A stretch of DNA of 64,000 bases from Selaginella moellendorffii (taxonomy: Eukaryota; Plantae; Lycopodiophyta). The notes beneath the pieces were generated by a model. The model searched no databases, was not told the origin of the DNA, and saw only the letters and a list, made by a program, of their open reading frames with translations. The stretch is taken from contig NW_003314323.1 in assembly GCF_000143415.4 (NCBI RefSeq), positions 686,499 through 750,498 of the forward strand. The letters are read 5' to 3'. Both the position numbers and the translations under genes were made by a program. Of the stretch, positions 48,748 to 60,350 are shown one piece after another (positions within the stretch are counted from its first letter, which is position 1; each line of letters starts with the position of its first letter).

Positions 48748-51126
48748 TTACTTCTCGATCAAGCTCTGGCCGGGAGGCTTCTTCAATCCCATCTCCTTCA
48801 TGCTCAGCTGGACCTCCAGCGCCTCCTGCGGCAATCCAGCCGCCGTGAAGATACTCGACAGCAGCGAGTACAGCGAAGTGTTCTCCGGATCCAGCTCTTT
48901 CACCCTCCTCGCCGCTCGCTTCGCAGTATCAGCATCCGAGTGTGTCTTACACGATCCAAGCACCGTCAGCCAGGCCACCGAGTCCGGCTGATACGGCATG
49001 GATTCTACCAGCGCTTCCGCGTCTCGCAGCCTCCCGCTTCGTCCCAGAAGATCCACCATGCAGAGGAAATGCTCGCGGATAGGAACCACTTCGTGCTCGC
49101 TCTGCATCTCCAGGAAGCACTCCACGCCTCTGGCGAGCAAACCGGCGTGGCTGCAGCCCACCAAGATGCTCGTGAAGGTGATCTCGTTGGGCCTGATGCC
49201 GTGGAGCACCATCTCCAGGTACAAGTCGAGCACTTGATCAGCATGGCCCTGTTGAGCGTAGGCGGACGTCATTGCAGTCCACGAGAGAACGTCCCTCTGT
49301 CCCATGTCCTCGAACATACTTCTCGCCGTCTCGAGCCTCCCACACCTCCCGTACATGTTAACCAGCGCCGTCTGGACCATCAAGCTCGACCGGAAGCTCT
49401 GGTTCTTGAGCACCCGGCTGTGGATCTCCCGGCCTAGCTGGAGAGAGCCAGATATCGCACAGGCACTCAAACTGCTGGCGATGGTCACCTCGTCCGGAAG
49501 CACCCCCTGGCTCGTCATAGTCTGGTATAAGTCGAGGGCCTCCCTTCCGAGTCCGTGCTGAGCATAAGCTCCGATCATCGCGTTCCAGGACACCAAGTCC
49601 TTGCGACCCGATGCCTCAAAAGCCGATTTTGCGAGCTCCAAGCTCCCACACTTGGCATACATCGTCACCAGCGCGTTCTGGACGGCCACATTCGAGGCCA
49701 GCTCGCTGTTCTCGACGTGTCCGTGAATTTTCATCCCTGCTTCCAGATCACCCGACGAGGAGCACGCCGCTAGAACGTTTGAGAAAGTATACTCGTTCGG
49801 CCGGGTCCCCTCGGCCACCATCTGGTCGTAGAGCTCCAACGCTTCTTGGGTATGCCCGGCTTGGGCATAAGCAGATATCATCGCCGTCCAGCAGTAGACG
49901 TTTCTCTTCTGCCGGACCCTGTTAAACACCGCCCTCGCAGCGTCCAGCTCTCCACACTTTGCGTACATGGTGAGAAGCGCGGTGTGGACGACAAGCGACT
50001 GGAATCCACACTCGAACACCCGCGAGTGGATTGCTTTGCCTTCCTTGAGAGCCCCCAAGCTCGCGCATGCCCCGAGAGCAGTCACGTAAGTCACACCGTC
50101 GGCATGGACGCCTTCGTGGTCCATTCTACCGTAGAGATCCAGCGCTTCTCTGTAGTGACACGTCTGGACGTAAGCCGTCATGAGCGAAGTCCAGCAAACG
50201 ACGTGTTTGTTCTGGATCTTCTCGAAAGCTTGCCTCGCGGAGCTCACGTCTCCACACCTCGCGTACATGTTGATCAGAGCGCTTCCCACAAAGTCCGACT
50301 CCATGTTGCTGCTCACGATCCTTGCATGGATCGCTTTCCCGTCGACCAGTTTCGTGCAAGCCAGAAGAGCGCTGGTGAAAGTTATCGAGTCGGGCTGGAT
50401 TCCATCGGCGTCCATCTGCTGGTAGAGATCCAGTGCCTCGTCGCAAAACCCATTGTTGGCGTAGGAAGAGATCATCGAAGTCCACGAGACAGCGTCCCTG
50501 TTCTTGATCCCATCAAAAACCTTTCGTGCCTCTTCCACGCTGCCACACTTTCCATACATGTTTACCAGCGCGTTCTGGAGAGAGAGATTGTCTCTGATGA
50601 TCTGTGGTGCCTCGATGATGCTGGCATGGATCTCTCGAGCCTCACGGAGACTTCCCACCGCCGAGCAAGAGCCCAGAACGATGAAGTACGTGATCTTGTC
50701 CGGCTCCGGCCCTTCCTCGCACATCCTGTGATACAACTCCAGTGCCCGGTTCCACAGCCCGTTCTTCCCGTAAGCGCTGAGCATCTGGTTGTAGCAAGCC
50801 ACCGCCTTGATGCTTGCGAAATTCTGGAACGCGGCCCTGGCGAGGTGGATTTCTCCACAATTTCCATACATCTGGATGAGGAGATTGCCCAGGAACTGGT
50901 TCCGGCCATGGCCGGTGCGGAGGAGATGGCGATGGACGAGCTTACCTTCTGCCAGGGAACCCAGTCGCCCGCATTGCTGGAGGAGCTCGTCGTAGAGCTC
51001 GACGTAGCCGTGGCGCCGCTGATCGAGCTGCTCTAGGGCGTCGCTCACGGAGATCCTCGCCACCGGCGCCTTCTTCTTGAGATTGAAGACGAGCTTCCTC
51101 GAGACGAAGCTCGCCTTCCTCAGCAT
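48748..51126 (-). CDS. PLS-class PPR protein with E domains (no DYW), intronless
   Basis: 792-aa ORF with canonical PLS triplets, GCSHAGLLARG, EHFLCMVDLLGRSGRL, ending KKPPGQSLIEK*. Confidence 0.93.
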   Translation of the reverse strand: MLRKASFVSRKLVFNLKKKAPVARISVSDALEQLDQRRHGYVELYDELLQQCGRLGSLAEGKLVHRHLLRTGHGRNQFLGNLLIQMYGNCGEIHLARAAFQNFASIKAVACYNQMLSAYGKNGLWNRALELYHRMCEEGPEPDKITYFIVLGSCSAVGSLREAREIHASIIEAPQIIRDNLSLQNALVNMYGKCGSVEEARKVFDGIKNRDAVSWTSMISSYANNGFCDEALDLYQQMDADGIQPDSITFTSALLACTKLVDGKAIHARIVSSNMESDFVGSALINMYARCGDVSSARQAFEKIQNKHVVCWTSLMTAYVQTCHYREALDLYGRMDHEGVHADGVTYVTALGACASLGALKEGKAIHSRVFECGFQSLVVHTALLTMYAKCGELDAARAVFNRVRQKRNVYCWTAMISAYAQAGHTQEALELYDQMVAEGTRPNEYTFSNVLAACSSSGDLEAGMKIHGHVENSELASNVAVQNALVTMYAKCGSLELAKSAFEASGRKDLVSWNAMIGAYAQHGLGREALDLYQTMTSQGVLPDEVTIASSLSACAISGSLQLGREIHSRVLKNQSFRSSLMVQTALVNMYGRCGRLETARSMFEDMGQRDVLSWTAMTSAYAQQGHADQVLDLYLEMVLHGIRPNEITFTSILVGCSHAGLLARGVECFLEMQSEHEVVPIREHFLCMVDLLGRSGRLRDAEALVESMPYQPDSVAWLTVLGSCKTHSDADTAKRAARRVKELDPENTSLYSLLSSIFTAAGLPQEALEVQLSMKEMGLKKPPGQSLIEK

Positions 51127-51313
51127 CCCACAGCATTTTGCGATGCCCTAGAAAGAAGTGCTGACTCAGCCCTAGGAAGTGACGCGGCAAAATCAAATTC
51201 ACCGCCAGCTTGGCGCAATTGTGGCCGCTGGTTTGGAGCTCTCCCCGCCGTTGGATATATAGGGCATCGGCATGAAATACTTTTTGTGTGTCGCATCGAG
51301 GAACAGAGCAGCG

Positions 51314-52827
<1,514 letters not shown>

Positions 52828-52849
52828 TAGGATGTTTTTGTCTCATACA

Positions 52850-55440
52850 ATTTTGAAATAATCCTATAGCACCTAACTTATTGATACCTTTGATTTATAA
52901 CAAATGAGGCCACTCCATATGGAGCTTAATGACAAACTCCAAGCCAGCCTAGATGTGGACAACTTCCTGCTACTATACCTAATGGGACTATTTCTTATGC
53001 AATGATATTTTTCTATAAAAGAAGCCTGATCTATAGATAGTTACAGTTAACTTATTTTTAAGAAATAAATCTCTTTTATAATGAGAAGAATGTGCATATC
53101 ATATGTACTATGAAAATTTTAATAGTTAACTATTTTTCAAAAAACTCTTTTAAGATTAAATGTAACATTTGTTAAAATTTTAGCAAATTATACAAACTTT
53201 AACTCCAGGAAAATTGTCATATTTTATTTTAATAACAATTTTAAAAGTAAAAAATATTACAAGTTGTATTTAATATCTTAACTTAAAATAAATAGATTCA
53301 ATTCTTTTTTCAAAGTTATTTTTGAACATTTAAAGAATTAAAGTATTAAATTCTAAAAGTGACAATTTATATAGTAAATAGTTTAGTGGGAAAAATAAAT
53401 TTTGTTAAAAAAGATGGTTTTGGTTAGTCTCAACTGGAACTTATTTAGTTAAACTAGTTATAAAAATATTAAATCAATAGTTATATAAATAAAAAATAAA
53501 AATTATCACTCTATATTATATGTATTTAAATTATTAATTTTTGGATTATATTAGGTAAATTTATAAGGACGAAAACCTTATAATCAAGAATGGGGTAAAG
53601 TTCATCGCAGTGAAACTATATTATAGAGAGTTTAAGTATGTGGAGCCAACTACCTAACATATTTCTTTAAATTAATAAGAATTATAAAATTATTTATAAA
53701 TACAAGCTAACCAAGTAGCATATATCTATTTTATTTTGTTATTAATAAGTTTGTATTATAAACTTAGAAAGAAAAATCTTAAATATGTTATGTTGATAAT
53801 TTAAATATACAATTTTATTGATAATATATAATTTATAATAAATATAATGTTGGTATTAATATGTACTATATTAATGTCTAAATAATAAAAAAATTTGGAT
53901 AATAAAAAAATTATTATTATTATATTAAATGAACAATATAACTTAATTTATTAGATTGTGTAAACTCTTGAGTTTATATTTTCTGGGAAAGTATAGAAAT
54001 CCTTGACACGTGGATACATGCCTCACATCTTTAACAGTAATTTGTAAATAGGGAAAACCCTTCTATTTCATTACTACATAGAATAATTTAAAATTGTATA
54101 AATAAATAAATATATATATATATATAAAATTTAAAGTTAAAAATAATTCGAATCAAATAATAATTACTTTATAAATGAAATAATAAAATTTAAAAATAGA
54201 TTTATTTACTTATATCACTACTTCTTCTTCTCAATCCAATTTCTTTTAAATATTTATTATCTTAATTTGCATATTATAAATTTATTAATATGACTTTTTT
54301 TTAATGCAAAACTGATTTATTTACTTTAGATAATCTAAATTTGGTAATATTTCAAATCAACCCCATATATTCAAAATATCCTCAAAAAGCATTTAACAAC
54401 TTTCTAAGTTTTCCATATGCCCACATCCACAGCAATGTAATAAACAACATAAGTAGTAACAATGGAAATAAAGGTATAGGAAAAGCATTGATTATCCCTA
54501 GGCTGGTGCTAAAGCTAATGCTCAGCACAGTGCCAAAGATGGTGCTAATGGTGCCAAAGCTGGATAAAATTCTGGAAGTAGTGCTAAATGAAGCTTTAAA
54601 GGTACTATTGGAGCTGATGCCAAAATTGTTGAACATAGTGCAAAAGATGGTGCTATTGAATGTGGAGACTCTGGTGTTGGAGATGGTGCTAGACACTGTG
54701 TTGAAAGTGGTGCTAAATGTTATCATTTTGTATAATAACTATATTGAAAATTTATCTTAAAAGAGATATATGATATAAAAAATTAAGTAAAAAATTTGAA
54801 AATCTATTACTTATAAATTCATTTAAAAAATACAATATAAAATAGTGGATTGGTTTTAATAATAATTCACCACAAAATAATGAAAAAAACTTTCCTTTTC
54901 AAAATTAAAATGTATTTATACTGGGAAAACTTTTCTAGTGAACAAGAGTCTTCATGAGTATGTTGACATTTCAGTAATGTTGATAGCATTTTAATAATTA
55001 AAACCATTTGATAATTGCATTGCCTAGTGTGTGATATTAAGGCATTCATTTATGCATTGATATGCTCTATGTGAACTTCAGCATTTCAACATAGGTGGCC
55101 ATCAAAGTGGCCTAGTATGGGCTGTTTGAGACAACTAGCCTTTCTATTGTTCTCCACCATGTTGAAATGGATTAAATTGGGAATGCTATAGCTACTGCTT
55201 TGTCAAAACTTTGTGAGGCTTGTACCAAATGTAGTTCTACATTTGTTAAAGGTTTATTCCAACAGAAGTTAATGTTAAGCATGTGATGAATTTAGCCATA
55301 TATATCAACAATTCCATCTCCTAGATGGAGGCCTCCACACCAAACATAATGGTAATCACAGGCTGAATTCCATTAGAGGGACTAGAGTGGGTTCATTTAG
55401 TTAGTATGTATTCTTAATCAACAACTCCAAATTGAAGCTT
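52850..55440. other. Very AT-rich, CpG-depleted gene-free block, probably a decayed methylated transposon or repeat
   Basis: Abrupt compositional shift from the ~50% GC flanks; almost no CG dinucleotides; degenerate GGTGCTAAA-type periodic repeat at ~54500-54720. Confidence 0.6.
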
Positions 55441-55826
55441 TACTAAGTTGATGACAATAGCATGACAAAAGACGCCGATGCTCTCGTCTTCGAACCAAGA
55501 AGGCTTGTAGCAAAATGAAAGTAATTCGTGATTAAAAACATATCAAGGTGCAGTTTATTTGTTTGTACACAATTCTGCAAAGTAAGCAAAAAAGGGAGAG
55601 CATTAGGAAACTTCACTTCACAAGTAAAAGGCCATACCAAGAGTTCCTTCAAGCCTTCACAGGTTTGGATACCTTTGATATGAAACTACAGCCAATAAAT
55701 CTACACTGTGCTGAGTAATAGCTATTCTCCCCACCCCACCTTTGCAGCAATTTCAAAAGCATGAAATTGAAGTTGCTAGAGCTCTCCCATCCAGTCCCAC
55801 TTTGGCTTCGCTGCCCAAAAGCTCTT

Positions 55827-56984
55827 TTACTGCTCCCTCCAAATTCTGCCTGTCACCCTCAGCTTTAGCTCCTTCCTGTCACCCCCGGAGAAAAACAAGG
55901 CCATGTTTCTCTGGATTATCAATCCGTCATGGCTGTCCCTCACTTTCTTGTGGCAGTCCCGAATGCTTCTCGGGACACCCTGCCACATCAATTTCCTGCC
56001 ATTGGCGCCTACCTCGAGGCTGTAGCTGAAGTTCTTGGCATCGTTGTCGTCCCCCATGAATCTCAAAAAAGCCATGTAAACTGGCATTGTCCCGAGCTGA
56101 AACGCCTCAAAGTGTAGGCAGAAGTGCTGTCCGTAACAGTTGAAAACCTGGAAACCAAACAGCAGTCGTCGGGTTACTCGATCAAACTTCTGAAACTGAA
56201 GCTTGCATAGCTTCAAAAGCTAGCAGCACAAGAACATCAAACGAAGAAACGATTGGACCAAGAGGAAACCAACGTTACCGTGAGCATCCAGGTAGCATTC
56301 TCGACTTCCTGTGGATTGGACTTGACATAGCGATGGTTGAAGGTGCAACCATTGTGCATGTCCACCTTGTGATCGTCGCGCAAGTGAGCAACCAGCGTTG
56401 GAATGTTGCCACTGATGGAGCACTCGGATCCCGCGTAGGGGCAGCCGTAAGGCCGGAAGCAACACTGCGCTTCGTGCTTGAGCTTGCTGTAGTATGGAAA
56501 GATGTCGGGGCATCCAAGTCCCTGGTACCTACAAGGAAGTTCCAGCGATTCCGCAACCTTCTCCAGAGCCAAGCAGCGAATGTTTCCCAGCTCGTATCGG
56601 CAAGTTGGGCAGCGATTGTGGACGCGGACTTTACAAGTAGAGCACAGAGTGTGGCCATTTGGACACTGCACAGTGAAGAGAGAGACTAAGAACCAAGCAA
56701 AAAGGAAGTAAAACGAAGAATTTTCCAACACTCACCTGGTGGATGGGAGGATACATCGAGTTCGTGCAAACCGGGCATTCAAGGAGCTCGTGGACGCTGC
56801 TAGTGGATTTGGAGCACGACTTGGATGATCCGCAAGAGGCCGAGGGAGGCGCGGAGGATGCTCCTACCGACGACGCCGCTGACCCCGCCGCTGCTACTGC
56901 TACCACATCGGCATCGGCCGTGGTTTCTGTGCTATCGAGCGATGGCGACTCCGGGACATCGAGGTAGATCGTCCCGGGCGACAT
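55827..56984 (-). CDS. SINAT: Seven-in-absentia E3 ubiquitin ligase (SINAT), 3 exons
   Basis: SVHELLECPVCTNSMYPPIHQ|CPNGHTLCSTCK..ELGNIRCLALEKVAESLELPC; NPQEVENATWMLT|VFNCYGQHFCLHFE..ELKLRVTGRIWREQ. Confidence 0.97.
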
Positions 56985-57220
56985 TCGTGCCGGGCGATGG
57001 AAGAGCTCTCCTCCCTAACCCTACCTGATGGAATGAGGGCCTGGGAATCGAACCCTGGCCAATACTCGAAATTTACGCGCCGAAAGCTCTTTAACGCCCT
57101 TAACTACAACGCTTTTTAAATTCCAAGAACCCTAAAAACAGAGAAATGGAGCCCTAGAAGCAGAGCTCTCTCTTTCATTCATTCATCTCTAGATAGAGTA
57201 CAAGCGTGGGCGAAAAATTT

Positions 57221-58229
57221 CTATCGAATTCTCAGGCCCTGCAAGCATCGCATTCGATCGGTTTCATTGATTGAGAGGAACAGCGAGAGATCTCCGTACC
57301 TTTTTGATCGAGCCAACCAAATCCTTGGCGTTGTCACCAGCGTCATCGGCTTTGCTCCTCGCATCGCCAACGAGTCCCTTGAGTTTCTCGTTTGGATCCT
57401 TGGATTGCCCCTGAACTGAGTCGACATCGCTCTTTACCTTGCCTTTGGCCTGCCCGAAGAATCCCTGGATGCCCTTCTTCGCATCCTCGGCCTTGTCCTG
57501 GAAACAAAGAAGAATGGAATCAGCAAAGTAGAAGATCTCAAAACAGATTTCTTTCACTTCACCTGAGCTTGGCCCAGAGATTCATCCAATCTCTGCTTGG
57601 TCTCGGAAGCCTTCCGGGCGACCTTCTCGCGACCCTTTCCTACGAGCTCTGATCCACTGTCCTGGATCTCTGGAATGGCGCCACTCCCACCTCTGCGCAA
57701 TCGATCGGTCAGATCAATCAGTCAATCAATCTACACAAAAATTCTCACTTTTGGGCGATTCTTCCATCGTCTTCCGACTTGACACCGCCCCGGGATGGGC
57801 CAAATCGCGGCGGCGAGTCGTCGTTGGTGAGCTTGTCGGCGTCCTTGAGCAATTTATCTGCCTGCTCGCCAACGTTGAAGATCGGAACCAGGCTTGGATC
57901 TTGCTGCTGCGCCATCGCAATGCCGCTGCCACTGCTCGTGGAGACCGCCAGCGCCATCAGGCCAGTCGCTGCCAATCGCCCCAATCCACTCAACCGCGAT
58001 GTGCTCGTCTCGGGCGCATCATCCTGGCCAGAACAAGAGAGTGAGTACTGCGATTCGGGGAAATTCGTGGGTGAGTTTCTGGTACCTGGCGAGAACAGCA
58101 GCATTGCACGGATGATCTGCTACTGCTTCTCACGGCAATTCTCTGCGAATTGGGCGATGGGCGCAGCGAAGAACAGGACGAGAGCATCGACGAATCCAGG
58201 CACACATTTTGGACTCCTACAGCCGCCAT
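57221..58229 (-). CDS. LEA-like hydrophilic protein with bipartite chloroplast/thylakoid targeting signal, 5 exons
   Basis: Ser/Arg-rich transit peptide; hydrophobic LAATGLMALAVS...GIAMA (AxA site); K/D/E/A/G-rich amphipathic repeats (KASETKQRLDESLGQAQDKAEDAKKGIQGFFGQAKGKVKSD..DARSKADDAGDNAKDLVGSIKK). Confidence 0.7.
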
Positions 58230-58329
58230 TTCTTCGATGGATCGAGAGGAACCTCTTCAACAATTTCTTCTCTTCTCTACTCAAGAGATGTAAGAGCTCG
58301 ATCTAAGTTACTGCAATGTTACCCCGCTA

Positions 58330-58458
58330 CAGTATATATACCGCGAAAATCGTAGACAAGAAAAAATGATAAAAGCTGTCCACCCTTCCACTCGTCGCGC
58401 GAGAAAGAAAGATGGCGTGGCCACTCTACAAGTGTCCCTCCACGTGTCAATCATGCAC
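58330..58458 (-). promoter_or_regulatory. TATA + CE3-like + ABRE + RY element module upstream of the LEA-like gene
   Basis: TATATATA at ~58333-58340; GCGTGGC at ~58415; CCACGTGTC at ~58440 immediately followed by CATGCA at ~58452. Confidence 0.65.
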
Positions 58459-58637
58459 TAACATAAGCCAAATCCATTCTCTCATCGTCACAAGCATCAT
58501 AGTTTTACAACCAAACGTTTTTCTTGTGGCTAATAGGATCTTTGCGAATATCCTCGAAATAAGAATATGCTTAAACCCTAGACCCTCCATAAACCCTAGA
58601 CCCTAGGGCATTTTTGCGAGCGGCGAGGCGATCGACA

Positions 58638-59841
58638 ATGCAGCAGGCGCGCGCTCTCCGGCTCTCCGCGAGGCTCTTCGATGCGGCGGCGATGGCGGCG
58701 GCGGTGTCGCGCACGCGAGGTCGGTGGATTCATGCTAGCAGCAGCCTGGAAATGCCGCTGCCGTCGCGGCCGGATGTGAGCAAGAACATCTCGCGGATGA
58801 ACATGCCGCCGGAGGGGCAGCAGCAGAAGAGCGAGCAGAAGTCCAAGATCGACGAGTGGCTCAATCCGCCGCCGCCGCCCACGGAGCTCCTCCAGAGGAT
58901 GAAGTTCAAGCTCTCAGATGCTTGCTCCATGACGATCTACTATGGTGATATCTCCAAGTGGAATGTGGATGGATTGAACGACGCCATTGTAAGTTTGTGC
59001 TCCTCTCTAATCGTTTTCTTTCTATTCTACGGTTGTTCTAATGTGGTGAATTGCTGGTAATGTAGGTTGCCCCGGCAAATAAGAGACTCAATGCAGGGGC
59101 TGCGGTTGATGGAGGTAAGAGTTTCATCTTTTGTTCCTTTCTTGTTTTGTTCTTTTCTATATCTCTGTTTGGCGTTGTTTTCTACAGTCATCCACAAGGC
59201 TGCCGGGCCGAGACTTTTATCGGCTTGCCAGAAGCTCCCGGACGTTGCTCCGCTTGGAATCAAGTGCAATGTTGGGGAAGCTGTGAGCACAAGGTATTTA
59301 ATTCTTCGAGGGCCTGGAAAGAGCTGTTTTGTTTCAACTTCTGTTTCTGGCAGAGCTTATAATCTCTTGGTATCGCGTGTTATCCATACAGTCGGGCCTG
59401 TATTCGAAGGCAAAGAGTCGGATCCCGTCCTTGAACAGACCTACAAGTAAACTATCCGAAGGTTTTGTCAAGCTCTGTCTCTAAACTTTGCGTTTTCTAG
59501 GAGTGCTCTCGCTCTGGGCTTAAAGGAGAACATCAAGTTCATATGTTTTCCAGCTCTATCCTGTCGCATCTACGGGTAACTTGCTTACGTTCTCAGGATC
59601 ACTCGAAGCTTTGGGTGTTTTTCACAGATACCCCTACTCTGAAGGTGCTGAAGTCGCGATCAAAACAGTGAAAGAAAACTTCCAGGGCTACGCCCAGGTG
59701 AACTTGCTCACGGAGTTTGTTCTCATGAAAGAAATCTCTTTGCTTATTTTGCAGGTCGATTTTGCGATTCGGAACATCGAAGGCTACGAATGCTGGATCG
59801 ACGAGGCGTTCAAGCATTTCACGGAGATCAAGCAAAAGTGA
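58638..59841 (+). CDS. Macrodomain (MacroD/Appr-1''-p processing) protein, likely mitochondrial
   Basis: Arg/Ala-rich presequence; GDISKWNVDGLNDAI|VAPANKRLNAGAAVDG|VIHKAAGP; RVIHTVGPVF; FPALSCRIYG|YPYSEGAEVAI. Confidence 0.88.
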
Positions 59842-59979
59842 TCAAGCGAAAGATGGAATCATGTACAAAGCTCTTCGACTACTGATTTAAAATGGTATCT
59901 GTCATTCAGTAGAAAGCTGTGGAAGAGAGCTATGGTATTCCAGCTTGGAACTCCCGCCACGCAAATTCCGGGACGTAAG

Positions 59980-60062
59980 ATCGCGACACGTGGCATTTTT
60001 CACGTGGGCATAGTCCGTACGAGCGAGCTGGACCTTAGCTTTGTTGTTACTCCAATATCTGG
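59980..60062 (+). promoter_or_regulatory. G-box pair (and AATATCT) upstream of SPA
   Basis: GACACGTGGC at ~59985, TCACGTGGG at ~60000, CAATATCT at ~60053. Confidence 0.5.
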
Positions 60063-60350
60063 CGATTGGGGACAAGCCAGAGCCACTCTTTCCTCATCAC
60101 TTAGATTATCCTTTAACGCTATGGGTTTAAAAAAATCTCGTGAGCCCTAGAAATCTCTCTCTCTCTTTTGCGCGCAATGGCGATGGCGCTCGATCGGGTT
60201 GCGAATTCCTGCTGTTCGCGGCGATTCAATCGTGGAGGAGCGAGCGGGATTGCGATAGTATTGCTCCAGGTTTGCTGATTTCTTGCGCGCCGCAATGCCG
60301 TCGTGAGATGCCGCCGATGTCGCGGCGCGCAAATGTGGAGGGATTTCTAG

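Noticed and set aside
49846-51036. 396-aa plus-strand ORF (and similar ORFs opposite the TBL, PPR and SPA genes)
   Set aside because: Antisense shadow ORFs with no recognisable motifs.
53560-53662. Hammerhead ribozyme, group I intron, riboswitch or snRNA
   Set aside because: Only partial resemblances (GACGAAA, GTTCATCG); required core motifs such as CTGATGA or P7 pairings were not found.
54341-54760. 139-aa and 114-aa ORFs in the AT-rich island as membrane proteins
   Set aside because: By-products of a degenerate low-complexity repeat, with no credible start or splice context.
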